Below are positions 12,330 to 24,749 of a DNA stretch of 64,000 bases, piece by piece (the first letter of the stretch is position 1; each line of letters starts with the position of its first letter). Origin of the DNA: Curvularia clavata. Taxonomy: Eukaryota. Below the pieces are notes generated by a model. It ran no database searches, had not been told where the DNA came from, and worked only from the letters and a program-made list of their open reading frames with translations. The stretch covers positions 1,426,001 to 1,490,000 of the forward strand of contig CP089279.1 of the NCBI GenBank assembly GCA_023920165.1, read 5' to 3'. The position numbers and the translations under genes were made by a program.

Positions 12330-13403
12330 GGGTGTAGGTCTGGATGGAATCTGGACGGGTTGGTTATACCAGCGATAGCGGCGACCTTTGGGGGCGATGA
12401 AGTAGTCTTCGTTCTGGATCATCATCTTGAGAGGATTTTCCCTGCATTGGAATCAAAGGCAATGGAGGGCTCATGACCATGGGGATTGGCCGGCTGATAA
12501 CGCCTCCGGTGGTGTTGTATGCCAAGCAGTCCCCGACTATCCGTCACACGACAGCATGGTAGTCGCCCTGGCAATCTCGACTCAGCCACCATCCATCTCC
12601 ACCTCGTTGGGACGAGTACTCCACTTTACTATCTCGACTTTCCCAATCCTGTCGAAATGCCTCGCGCGGCTCCGAGCCTCCCGTCGTTTGTGTTTATGGG
12701 AATCCCGGCCGATGCCTAGCTCCAAGGCCATCGTCATTTGGATACTTCGTACCAGCTGCGTTTCACTCCAAGCACTGCCTATTTTCCGTGTGGTTTCGTA
12801 GTCCGTGTGCCACTCTACCCCAGAATGCGTCTCCATCTGGGCAAAATGCAGCATTACGAAACACCCACACCCGAGGTCAACTAACTCTACAACCCGAAGT
12901 CCGCCCCGGATCTCTCACCAACAGCCTGGTCCGGTCTTCCTTGTAAGCGCTGGTCTAGATATACTGGTCATTAAAGCCCCGCCAAGCATCTCCACACTCA
13001 ACCAACGCTGCGCTCTTTACACCCCAACGCTAGACCATTTACATGCGAGTATCCCGTCTGATGTTGCCTGATGGTGCCGAGGCGTCAGCTTAGAATGCAT
13101 GTCTACAAGCGAGCCTCTCAACGGGATATCTCGGGCGGCATTCGCACCGTCGCTGGTACTATTTTCCACCGAACCGCACACCTAGAACAATGTGCCCCAT
13201 CTATTCAATGAGGCTACTTGCTGCAAGGTCATGCAGGCTCGGCGCCGCATCACATTTCGAATAGTTGTTTTGCAACTGTACTGCGGATCCTGGGGGCTTG
13301 ACAACCTTGTCACAGCTGTCCAAGTCTCAGCTGGAGTGGATTGACGTTCGGGTCAGCTCGTCCGTCGCCACATCTGTAGTCTTGTGCACGTCGTACCGAG
13401 GCT

Positions 13404-13830
13404 GTGGGGACAGCTTCCTGTGCCACATTCGTCGAGAGCAATAATTGGTACGTACCGTGTCTTCCCGGTACGGAAGCCAAGCGTTCTTGTACCTCTTCTA
13501 GCGCGGTTACCTCCATGCAGCTAGACCGTATGGTTGGGTCCACCCGCCTAGGCATTAATAGCCTCCTACTAAGGCATGAAATCGTCGAGGTCCGGCACAG
13601 CAATAGGCTGAACTGGCGCAATAACCGGGACTACAGAAGCAATCTGACTCATTTTCATCGGGCAGTGCCGTGTACCGGCAGACTGTATGCGCAATCGCGG
13701 ATTTCTTGGTTACAGGCGAAGGAATGCTGGGCGATATTCAATAGTGAGGTGCATGGTGGTACAAAGCACAGTGTAATCTGCATGACGGTTGAGACGATTC
13801 CGAGTATACTGTCTGACAGTGCCTTGGATG
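13404..13830 (+). pseudogene. Degenerate relic of a CBM1 (fungal cellulose-binding module) gene, possibly a CBM1-GH5 endoglucanase
   Basis: TASCATFVESNNWYVPCLPG followed by an S/T-rich stretch matches the second half of the CBM1 pattern (C-x-S-G-x-T-C-x-x-x-N-x-W-Y-S-Q-C-L) with cysteines lost; downstream SWLQAK..IFNSEVHGG..SVIC weakly resembles the GH5_5 nucleophile region. No ATG or signal peptide. Confidence 0.45.
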
Positions 13831-14439
13831 CTGTGGCTAACTTCGAGCCATTCCTTGTTAATAGCTCACCCCATCTTCAGCAAGCTTTTGATCCATCTCC
13901 TGGCTTTCGTCATGCTTCAACATACCCCTCATAGTTTGTTGATCTAGCGGTGTAACAGCCTCCACCCAAGCGGGTCTAGTTTGACCTTCCTGTTTCCCCG
14001 CTATCTGGCACACTCTCTGCTGCCATTACTCTCTCACTTGTGATTACCCCGCTATGACGATGTGTTCAACATTATTCCGCTGTTTCGGGACGTTTCAAGA
14101 GGAGAGGTTATCGTATGTGTTTCAGGCATCAACCATTTGATTCATTGGTCACGTCAACCAGAGTAATGTATCTGCACCGGTTCCAGCCAAGAAACTTTAT
14201 AGGAGCCTAGTAACTTGGCTACTCAGGGCCTTGAGAATCACACTACAAATTGCCTCATCAATCGATATAGACTAAGTGACGGTAGTGACGAGCGAAGAGC
14301 TGCTGAGAGAATTACTTGGAGCATGGCCGAAGAAGCCGAAGCTCATCCATTTGATCGTGAATGGTTGAACTTACTCATGCTTTGTCCCAATCTGCTCCAT
14401 CCCTTTCAAGACCTTGGCCAAGAGAATACGCTGTAGTAA

Positions 14440-14830
14440 TAACATATCCTTGAATGATGTGCTTAGAACAACTAAGTAGTATAACTACTTTTTTTGACAA
14501 AAGCTGTCAATATTAGTATAAAGCGAAGAAAAATAGATTCATGAGTAATTGAGTAAAGCATGATATTTGCTATTATGTGGCCACCTCAGACGCCAATAAG
14601 GATGAATCTTATCGAAACTGATATTTGATTAAACCCTGTTTTCCAAATCTAATGTCGCGCCTTTTACCTATGCGGTGGAGGAGGTTGATCTCTCTGTCGC
14701 TAGTATCGCTTTTACGTTCCATCCTGATATCTTATCTTGTCCTCTTTCCACAACTATAATAGCAGATATTGTTATTCTCTATCAGCGCGGTTTCCCAAGC
14801 TGAAATTAGAATGTAGATCTGTAATTAGGG
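14440..14830. other. AT/TpA-rich patch, possibly RIP-mutated repeat remnant
   Basis: Visibly AT-rich with many TA dinucleotides compared with flanking genes; no ORF; indices not computed. Confidence 0.3.
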
Positions 14831-15030
14831 ATGCAATTGATTCCAGGCTTGTACCATGAACTGCTGCTCGCCTCCTCCCAGTCTTGCATCTTGGCACAAC
14901 CACATGATTCCCATTGCCCATTCTGCCGAGAGCGGTCACGCAGTAGGTCGGTCGTAGTGTATATCATGACTATCAACTTCTTGAGGGCGACGGCTGGCAA
15001 TTGGTAATATTTCACTGTCAGTCTGGAGGC

Positions 15031-15470
15031 CTAATCGTCGATGCCTTCACATCCCAGGACTTTCATCTTTGCCGTGTAGTTGATTTCTGTCTGAAACCGG
15101 AGAGTGGCAGTACCGTTGAAGCACATATAGAGGCAGATCCAGATGACGTGCTCCAGCATGATGTGGGTGGGTATCGCTTGGTTTGCCGCGTCGATGAAGT
15201 TCCGGACATTCCTGTAATCTGTTCTTCCACCTATCTCCACCCTGTTCTTAGGGTATAGTGTTTTGCGCATGTCCGGGTAGAGATTGTGTCTGTGTAGAAC
15301 TTGACTGATCCACCCATGGCTTTAACTTGCCCATTGTCCTCCTGTATTTTCTGTTCCCTCGGGGTCAAGTTTCTTGAAAGTGGCAGCGCATTCGCTCATT
15401 GATGAGGAGACTGAGGCCGAGTACTAAATGTCTCGAGGCTTTGCTCGAGCCTGTGGCAACGAGTCCTTCG
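15031..15470 (-). pseudogene. Degenerate relic of a patatin-like (FabD/lysophospholipase-like) phospholipase gene
   Basis: Across a frameshift: GLVATGSS..LVLGLSL / SMSECAATFKKL..(stop)..NLYP..ICLYMCFNGT, echoing the order GTSSG, IVLGL, SVxEC..F..L, LYP, C.FTNYNG in fungal patatin domains. Contains in-frame stops. Confidence 0.35.
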
Positions 15471-15811
15471 GCTCTTCATTGTTGATTGGCATGCTCCTCG
15501 TTCAATACCTCATGCACTGTTTTCTTTTCTCCTGGCAAGAGGGAACATAGACGATTTTGACATTGACAAGCAGTTAGTGTGCATTTTTCAAATATCAACC
15601 GATTTGGATCCAATTGCCCTCCTTCTTTGTTACTACTCCTCTTTAAGTAATGGCCAAGAAACCATCCAATGGTATCTTGCAATGTTCACTCCTAACTTAT
15701 AGCGACATTGTAATCCTGACCCGTGAATTTTGTTGCAGAACATGCAAAGTGACTAATTAATAGTATTCGTGAGATTGAGAATGCGGAAAAAGGAGTATCC
15801 AACATCTAAAT

Positions 15812-18630
15812 CTAAAAATCGTTCTCTTCATCATCGTCCCTAGCCAAAGCCTTTTTCTCTGCTAACTCCCTAATCTTCTCACCCAGCACCTCGCGTCCAT
15901 ATCGCGATGCGACCTTGCCTGCCAGATCCAACATTTTACCATTGGCATCGCGCATCAAGCTCACGATTTCTAGAGCCTTCATGCCATGGTCCTCACCAGC
16001 CAGACACTCCAGGCCGAGCAGTTGCAAGAGGGCACGATCAATCGCCACCTCGAGGGCTGCAAGCGCCGCCTTCTGAGAAGACGTAGGTCGCGTATGCAGC
16101 AGCGTCGAGGAAAGTTGCGAGTGCAGCGTTGAAGAAAGGATGAATGCCTGTTCATGCTCCTGCTGCTTGTCCTCGTTGGTCTGTGGTTTACCCGCCTCTT
16201 CGTCATCATCTTCGTCGTCATCGACATCACCTCTCCTATTCTTCGCACCCTTACGCTTATCAATGGCGCTAGATAGCGGAATCTCAAATCCAAATTCAGA
16301 GAGGTGCGGAACGGGTGCACTGGGGTATTGCTCGCGGCCTTTGATGATCATGCAATGAAATTTTGCAGTGCTGGCCATGCTATTATCTGTTGAGGGCGAC
16401 GAAGCGACGCCAACAGGCCAGTATGATTCTTCTTTTCCGCCACCGGCACGGCGCGAGAGGAGCTTAGTGTCGAGCATAGGGACCCAGCGGGCTTGTCCTG
16501 TGTTCCGCCATCCTAGCAGCGTGAGCAGCACGCCGTCGGAGTCGTAGATATAGGGGTCGCCTTCGGCAGAGAAGAAAACAGAAGTAAGTGTAGTACCCGG
16601 GGGTAAAGCGAGTATGTCGGAGTCCTGATAGACGATGTCATGTTTGATGTTTTCGATAGTATAGAGGAGTTGTGTGCTCAGATCGTTTTGGATGGGTCCG
16701 TTGCCAATAGTGAGAATGTAGTCGCGCCAGGCGGCGCATGTTACGGCTGGAGAGCTCTTCTGGCGATACACGCGGATGGGCAGCCCGAAGAGAGAATAGA
16801 TGCGTACGTAGTTTGTCGACGTGGTAACGCATACATACGAATCAGACAGGGCAATGGCCGTCACAGACTCTCCTGTCGGTAGGTTGGTCCGCCATTCCGT
16901 TCTCGTCGTCCATGTCTCATGTGGTCGGTAATAAATCATGGCTTGGTTTCCCTCGCCAGTGCTGTTGGGTTGGCAGGCGAACAGCGTTCCCTTTTCATTG
17001 AGGCAAGCCTTGTCGTAAAGAAAGATGTCGGTGAAATGGAAGTTACGGAACGTGTGTTCATCATAGAACTTCACGCTGACGGTGTGATGCTTGCCTTCTT
17101 GCTCAACCGTCTCCACGTAACCCGTCAATGAACAGCAAAGTAATCGGCGATTTCCGCGCCAAGGTGTGCTGCCTGGTTGAAAGGGCTCATGGACTTGAGG
17201 ACGGAAAAGAGCAGAGCTATACGCGCGCCTTTTTGATGCGGGCTCTATGCCATTTGCCAGGTGCCCGTTGGAACGTTTCTTTGCCGGATTGATGGCAGGT
17301 GCGTATCCAGCACCATCATCATCAACGACAAAGTCGTTCATCTCTTCGTCACCGTCTTCCTCTGCCTCATCCTGGAACTCGGGGCCTAAAATATCCTCCA
17401 GTGAGTCAGGCGTTCCACTTCTTGGTCGTGGCCGTCCAGGTAGTGTCTGAACATTTCCCGTAGTAAGCTTGGCTGGCTGAGGGACGCCAGCTCGGCCTTC
17501 TGACGGGTCGTGGAAAAAAGGTGCTGAGACGGTAGGCTTTTGAAGCAGGGTGAGGTGTTCTTCAGGAACAACATCGGTGTGAATGAAAAGTTCGCCCTCG
17601 TTGTTAGTGTAAGAGAGTATGTTTTCTGTGGGGTGCCATGCCATTGCCAGAATGGTTGCCTTCACATGGTCAAATTTGTGTAGCAGCTTTTGAGTTTTGG
17701 TATCCCAGAGACAGAGACTGAGGTCGCTGGATGTGGTTGCTAGCAAAGCACCATTGGGCGACCATGCTGCAGCTGTGATATCTGCAGAGTGATCTGTCTT
17801 GAACACTCGCTGTCTCTCCCAGTCGCTTGCCGACATGACCTGCATCTGGCGCATAGCAGTCGGTGTAGCAAATGCCCGTCCATCAGGATGCCAGAGCACC
17901 CTCGAACTGGATTCTGATTCTGTTTCCAGGCTCTTGATCATGCCCTCTATCCGTTTGACCATTTCAGGTTCGTCTCCATCCAGGTTATACATGTAGACTT
18001 GGCCATCAGTGCAGGACACAGCGAGCTGAGTTCCGGTCTTGTCGAAGGATACGTGCTTCACGGCTCGGGGCTGGTCGCGCAGGGTTCGCATGGATTTGTC
18101 CTTTACGCTGACGATATTCACAACGAGCTCACTAGCTATGTTAGTATCGCATGCTGACGCTGGAGGGGCAGTAGACTTACTCGCTCGCAACAGCAATCCA
18201 GTTTCCATCTGGAGTGATGGCTACATCTCGCACAGGTAATGTGGTTCGGAAGAGTATCTCTTCGAATTTTCCGTTGTCCAATGAAAACCTGCTCACTGTC
18301 CCGTCTTCAGAGCCGGTAATGAAGAAGCCATTCTGCGGTGCGCATTAGTGTCTTTCCAATCCTGCTTTGTGAGGCTACCTACGCCAGCAACAACGGCCGT
18401 ATTGTTCTCCTGGCATTCGTCTACAGTGGCGGGCTCGTCGTCGGATCCTGTGGTAAAGACACGACAGTAGTTGTCAACTCCGGCGGTGACGAGTTTCTTG
18501 CCATTAGGCGTGTACGCAAGATAGGTTGCACCAGGGGCATCTAGGATCCAGGTTAGCAAATCTGGCGCTGCAAGGACGTCATAATATACATACGAGCCTG
18601 CCGAGCACGTAACCGCTGAATTGAAGACAT
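15812..18630 (-). CDS. CTF4: Ctf4/Mcl1/SepB (AND-1) WD40 replisome hub protein, 4 exons
   Basis: Spliced start MSSIQRLRARQAHAPGATYLAYTPNG; WD40 repeats; SepB-domain motifs PFQPGSTPW, FHFTD..YDKACLNEKG, YRPHETW, WVPMLDT, ESYWPVGV. Introns near 18542-18593, 18333-18382 and 18132-18180. Confidence 0.93.
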
Positions 18631-18666
18631 TGTTGTAGAAAATTGCAGGTTGCTGTTCAAGGTGCA

Positions 18667-18717
18667 ACGCGCCCGTCAAGTGGACGCGACCGCGTAAAGT
18701 GGACATGGTTAGCGCGA
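18667..18717. promoter_or_regulatory. Cluster of MCB-like (ACGCG/CGCG) cell-cycle elements directly upstream of CTF4
   Basis: ACGCG 18667-18671, ACGCG 18684-18688, CGCGT 18691-18695, GCGCGA 18712-18717; MBF control of replication genes is established in fungi. Confidence 0.55.
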
Positions 18718-19175
18718 TTTGGGCAAGCGTCTCCGCTGCTCTCATCAACAGCGCCCCTCCCCACCCCCACCCATCTCCATCGTATTGCAGCTGGCGGTTT
18801 GGTGGCCGTCACGTTAGACCTATATTCTACATAGATGTCATATGTCGCATCTATGTTCCATGAAAATACCAGACTTATTCCGCTGCTTGTCCATGGCCTT
18901 CGCCACCCGATACGACTCCTTTGCAGGGCTGCTTGCCTAGGATATTTCAAGGCTAGCCGGCCGGTCTGTCCCTACTGAGGCTGAACGTATTTTCAACCAG
19001 CATTCTCACCCTCTTGTTGATGCTCTAGATTTGACTCCGAACCTCCTCAATTGCCACTCTGGACCCATTGTCTAGCCTCTGTACGGTTTCTGACGGCTGA
19101 AAATATGCCCTTGTCTCTGTTCACCGCATGCGGGTGGCGCTAAGAATGCACCCCATACCCAGCTTGTCCCGCAAT

Positions 19176-19227
19176 CTGATTAGTCACAATCAGCCGCTTG
19201 ACTCGGCATATGACAAGTGACTCGGCA
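19176..19227. promoter_or_regulatory. bZIP site cluster (Yap1-type TTAGTCA plus two TGACTCGGCA direct repeats) upstream of the MFS gene
   Basis: TTAGTCA 19180-19186 inside the inverted repeat CTGATT..AATCAG; TGACTCGGCA at 19199-19208 and 19218-19227. Confidence 0.5.
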
Positions 19228-19303
19228 GAAAAAAAGTTGTTGAACTCCATAACCTACTTCTTTACATTGCTTTTAAAAATTTGTGGGCGCAAATCGAATT
19301 ACC

Positions 19304-20891
19304 ATGGTGCTCACTGACGAAGAGCAGCCTTTGCTCAGGATTCTGTCGCATGATTATGAAAGCGTTCAACAAGAAGGCCAAGACGAGCAGTATGGAGAAG
19401 ATGCGCTTGAGTTTGACCCTCTGGACCCTGAAAACCCCAGGAACTGGTCTTGGGGTTACAAATGGGCCAATGTTTTGCTGCTCGCATTCATGGCGTTTAC
19501 AGTGTAGGCTCAACACCCCACAAGTTTTCTGAGAGAGCAAGATGGAAGCTGACTTCTCTCGCAGCACTTTTACATGTATTGGCGTTGTACCTTTAGCTAC
19601 CACGATCGTGGAAGATCTTGACGGAAAGCATAGCAGTTCGGCCAACAGCGCACTCCTTGTCACCATATGGGAACTCGGCGAAGCTGCCGGACCCTTACTG
19701 ATTGCACCCTTATCCGAACTACTCGGGCGGTCTCCTGTCTTCCACGTTTGCAACATGGGATTTATTGCTGCTACCATTGTAGCAATCTACAGCCCGAGCA
19801 GCACAATCTTCATTGCTGCTAGGATGCTCACAGGGCTTTGCGTCGCTTCCAACGTGCTTAACCCCGCAATCATTGGGGACATCTTCGAGGATGACCAACG
19901 TGGCTCACCTATGTCTCTGATAATGCTTGCTCCGCTCATTGGTGGAGCCGTGGGACCGGCCAGCTCTGGTGCGATTGCCCAAACAATGGGATGGCGACGT
20001 ATTTTGGTGATTGCTGCTGGACTCGCCATTCTATGTGAGCTGCTCTTCCTGGTTTACTTCAGAGAAACATACAAGTTAGCCATATTGAGAAGAAGAGCAA
20101 CGAAGCTGGCTCACCGAGCCGACAAGACTACAGAGCCCAGAACGACACATGAAAACGCTGCAAAGCTCTGGCACTCAATGACCCGCCCGTTTGCAGTCCT
20201 CTTCGGATCGAGTGTCCTTCTTTTCCTCTCTCTTTTTGCTGCAGTTGCGTTCAGCTTCTTCTACGTTATAAGCGTGTCGCTGCCCGTCATTCTAATGGAG
20301 GTGTACGACTTCAAGCTTGCCATGACTGGGACTGCCTTCATATCCTTCAGTATGTGGTCTGTGTATGTTGATTCTACGGTCGCTGACAAACAATCAGGCG
20401 TCGGATCTTTCTGCAGTGTCTTGATCTGCAATTTTACCCTTGACAGAATCTATGTGAAGCTCCGTGGACCTGACGGCAAAGGAAAACCAGAATACCGTCT
20501 GCCGCTTTCCATCTTTGGGGCCATTGTCTTACCTTTCACTGTGACTGCATACGGTTGGATTGCGCAATACCAGCTCCCCGTATTGCTACTCCTTGGGTCT
20601 GTTGTATGCATGGGTGCTACCTTGCTGCTCACCGTCATACCACTATCCAACTACGTCGTTGATGCATTTGGCATGTACTCAGCCTCGGCTCTCACTGGTG
20701 TCATTGTTACTAGGTGCCTGATGGGAACATTTCTGCCTTTGACGACCAGTCCGCTGGCTGAACACTTTGGCTATGGTTTGGGCTTTAGCTGCTTGGGCGC
20801 ATTGAGCTTGGTTTTGGCAATCGTGCCAATCTGCGTATTCAGATACGGAGAGAAATGGCGGCAACGCTCCGAGTTCACCAGGGATTGTTAG
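19304..20891 (+). CDS. MFS drug:H+ antiporter (DHA1 family)
   Basis: DPENPRNWS N-terminal motif, GPLLIAPLSELLGR, GDIF..DQRG, FRETY, PEYRLP, about 12 hydrophobic segments. Introns about 19505-19564 and 20350-20397. Confidence 0.92.
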
Positions 20892-21104
20892 TGTTTTGGC
20901 TCTATTACATGTATAGGAAAGCCTCTCCATACGTCGTTATGGGTTTTGAGATGTTTGATTGTTGTTCAATAAGACTTGGCTCTCGTGGTTCAACATATGT
21001 ATTGGCCCGTGCACTGAGCTATGATATCCATCCTATGTACCTGCCACCGTCCGCTCGACCAGCGAATTGCATCATCAACCCGTCGGCCCCGACACTCCAG
21101 CGCC

Positions 21105-21928
21105 ATGAAGACATCGCTCGCCAGCTTGGCCTCGTTCGCTGCGCTCACGAGCGCTGCTCGTCTGCTCCTCCAAATCCCCAACACGGCCCTCGTAAACCCC
21201 GCCACTCTGGCCTCTACCACACACGCAACGCTACAGTCCTCGGGCCCGCCGCTCGATGCTTACCTCACACGCGCCAACACGTTCAATTTCAACAATGTGA
21301 GCGTAGGAAGCTACCTTGCTACAATACACTGCCGCGACTATGCCTTTGAGCCGCTAAGGATTGATGTTACCCTGGAGGAGGCCGTAGAGGGCAGCGGAGA
21401 GAAGAAGGAGGTCATCAGGGCCTGGCAAACCTTCCTGGGCAACGAATGGGACAACAAGGGCGAGAGCCGCGGCGAGGGTGGCAACGGGCTTGTCATTGAG
21501 GCGAGACCAGTGAGCCCGAAGTACTTTTATCAGGAGAGACAAGGCTGTAAGTTCTGCACACAAGAAATTCCGATACAGATTGGCTTACACGCAAACAGTC
21601 TCACCGTTGTCGTTCCTCAAGAACCCCATGATTCTTATGGCTGTTGTCTCCATGGGTCTCATTTTTGGCATGCCTAAGTTGATGGAGAATAGTAAGCGAC
21701 AAGCACCGCCATGAGCAGACACAACAGAATACTGATGAATACCTAGTGGATCCTGAAATGAAGGAGGAATTCGAGCAAATGCAAAAGAACGGCGTCTTGG
21801 GCTCTGGGTCGACCAACACCGCCCAGCAGATACAAAACTTTGATCTTGCTTCGTGGATGGCCGGCAAGACAGATTCAGGGAGCACAAGCGCAAACACGCA
21901 GAGTTCTGGGCAATCGAAGAAACGATAA
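21105..21928 (+). CDS. EMC7: ER membrane protein complex subunit 7 (DUF2012)
   Basis: Signal peptide MKTSLASLASFAALTSAA, FNFNNVSVGSYL, WQTFLGNEWDNKGE, spliced FSPLSFLKNPMILM..MPKLMENMDPEMKEEFE, FDLASWMAG; two introns. Confidence 0.88.
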
Positions 21929-22542
21929 ATGTCAACATGGTTGAAGCACATTTGGCTTTGGTTAGCAGCCATTTGCTCATCCCTCGGGGGCAGTTTGGTA
22001 CGTTAATCGTAGTATGAGCAGATGATGTACCCTACAAAAAAGTTCCATATCCGACCCTACCATGATGATCAATTCTTTCTTTTTAGACGACTGCCAAGTT
22101 GACGCGTTATCACGCTAGCGCTCCGGTGATCTTTTAGCAATGTCCTCTTCTGGCACAGAGGCTCTTGGTATCAAACGCCAAGATGAGAGTCTGTTTGGCT
22201 GGTCTGCGCAGAGCTACACAAGGTCGAATGGAACCTACTTGCCCATGGATAACAGATGCATTGTTCACACGGCATTGACCCATTCTTGCCAATCCGAGGG
22301 ATGCTTTTTGCACCCCGCGGCTTACCTATACCTAGCGTTGCTTATTCACCTTTTCAACTCTACGCCCAACCAATCAGATACGCGCAGACATCAATAGGGG
22401 CAAGCCACAATTCTTGTCCTCTAACAGTGAACCGTCGAAACAAACGAGGCTGGCCCGCTTATATCACCTCTGGTAGGCCATGTAGTCTATCTGTAGATGC
22501 AGTTGTCCAGCTTTCCCATTATCCACGATTGCGGGTGGGATC

Positions 22543-24749
22543 ATGGCAGACACTCCACATACATTGGTGGCCGGGAGCGACACACCAGCAAGCGCCACTT
22601 CAGGAACAGCACATGGACCTCACCATGCCCATCACCACCCACATCTAGGTCACCATACGGGAAAGAGGTTGAGACAAATCCTTAGGCCGGATGGAAGAAA
22701 GGTGCACGTTGCGAGTTCGCCTGACGAAGCCAACATCTTAAGGCGGAGGCTCAGCACTGCGAACGAAAAGGAAGATTTCGATCTAGTCATTCACGGGTCG
22801 CCTGAACATGTAAGCGCTTCTGCGTCGAGGAGATCAATGAATTTTGGTCAGAGACGTTAATGGGCGCGGTCACAGATTGAAGCACTGCGACACACGCATG
22901 CCCACCATGAAGACCGGCACAAGCAGCTCAAAGAAGAGCATGGAGAACTAGCCCAAGAATTCGAGCGCGTCATCCGCGAACTGGACGCTCTATCTACCGA
23001 ACTGCACATGATCAGCGAGCACGCCGTGCAACTCGACGCCAACTTCTCCAAGTACGGGTACTCTGCTCATCTGCGCACCAAGGAAGATGCCGAAGGCCCT
23101 GGCTCATTGCACTCATCTGATAGTTCGGTGTTTGAAAAAGATGCCTGGCGTGCTGAGCGGAAGCTCGGTGAATCCATGCGTTTTTACCAGAGGCCTATTG
23201 TTAGGCAGTATTTCCACAAGGGGCTGCTATGGCGAGCGAAGGAGGCGCAGGAAGTCGCTTCGTATGAACTCTTTATTGATCTCTTCTATGTAGGCATTAT
23301 TGCCATAACAGGTGATTCTGCAGCTGAGCATCCGACTGGAGAGTCCCTTCTAAGATTCGCCATCACCTTCATCATGGTAACCAATCCGCATCCAATCTAT
23401 GTTTCAACACACTAACAACCCTCCAGGGCTGGAAATTCTGGTCAGACCTCGGCGTACTCATCTCCTGGTTCGACTCGGACGACGTTCTGCGCCGCTGCTC
23501 AGTTCTCTTCATCCTAACCTGCCTGCTTGGCTTCACCACCAACATGGCCTCAGCCTTTGAGGAGACGTACACGCCACTCGTAGCCTTTTACCTCGCCGCG
23601 CGTCTCTTCATGACGCTCTGTATGTGCTGGTACGCGTGGATCATCCCCATGATCCGCGGCAGTATGATCGGGTACAGCAGCATCTCACTTATCCCTTTCG
23701 CCCTATGGGTCGGTAGCGTGCACGTTGAAGAACCCGCTCGCCAGGGGCTCATCTGGGTTGCCATCATCTTCGATCTCTTTGGGAACTTCTTCATGCTGCT
23801 GATACAGCGGCATAACAGCCCTGTCGCTAAGTACCTTCCCACTCGGATTAAAGAGAGTCTAGAATTCTTCCCTGGAACCAATATTGAGCATAGGATCGAA
23901 CGTACAAACGCCTTCGTCACACTGGTCTTTGGCTCTTGTGTCCTGGGTCTGCTGTACCAGAGTAATGTCGAAATGGGAATCAATGCATTCTTTGGGAAAG
24001 CAGTATTGGGATTGATTCAGGCGTTTGTGTTTAACTGGATTTACTTTGAGATTGACTCGTTTAATCTGCACACGCATGCCATTCGGCGGCATGTTTTCTC
24101 TGGTTGGTCCCCCTTTCTAATCACCCCTACTCGAAATTGGAAATCTAACAGCATGGAAATAGCAATGATATGGATATCCATCCACCTCCCCTTCACCATG
24201 TCCTTCGTCCTCAGCGCATCTTCCCTCGCTGTCCTCGTCCGCGCGCACGACACCCCTTCCTCTCCCGTATCCTCCCTCTACCCGACCTTCATTTCTAAGT
24301 CCGAAGAACACATCACCGACGGTCTGCAATGGTTTTACTGTGCTGGTCTCGCCCTTTCCCTCCTCTGCCTCGCCATAATCTCAAAAACGCATTCCCATCG
24401 TAAAATCCCGCATCAGCGCCTTAGCAAAGATATCAGACTTGCGTACCGCGTCGCCGTCTCAGTAGCAATCTTAGTCCTGCCGAAAGCGCATCTTGATAGT
24501 TTACAGCTGGTGGCGACGACGACGGGCTTGGTGGTAAGTGTCCTGGTGATCGAGTTGCTGGGCGTCGGGTGCTGGGGTGAGAATGTGCTGTGGGAGAAGG
24601 GCTGCAAGAGGAAGAGTGCGACGTATAGTGCGAGATGTGCTGTTAAGAGGGAGGAGCTGGAGAGGAGTGTCAAGGAGGGTACGGTGCTGAATGTTGAGGA
24701 GATTGCAGCAAGAGAAAAGACAGAGAAAGGAAGCGTAGGGGCGGTTTGA
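22543..24749 (+). CDS. Low temperature requirement A (LtrA)-family multi-pass membrane protein with His-rich N-terminus
   Basis: ELFIDLFYV, EHRIERTNAFVTLVFG, WIYFEID, HLP motifs typical of fungal LtrA proteins; introns near 22810-22875, 23377-23426 and 24103-24162. Confidence 0.85.
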
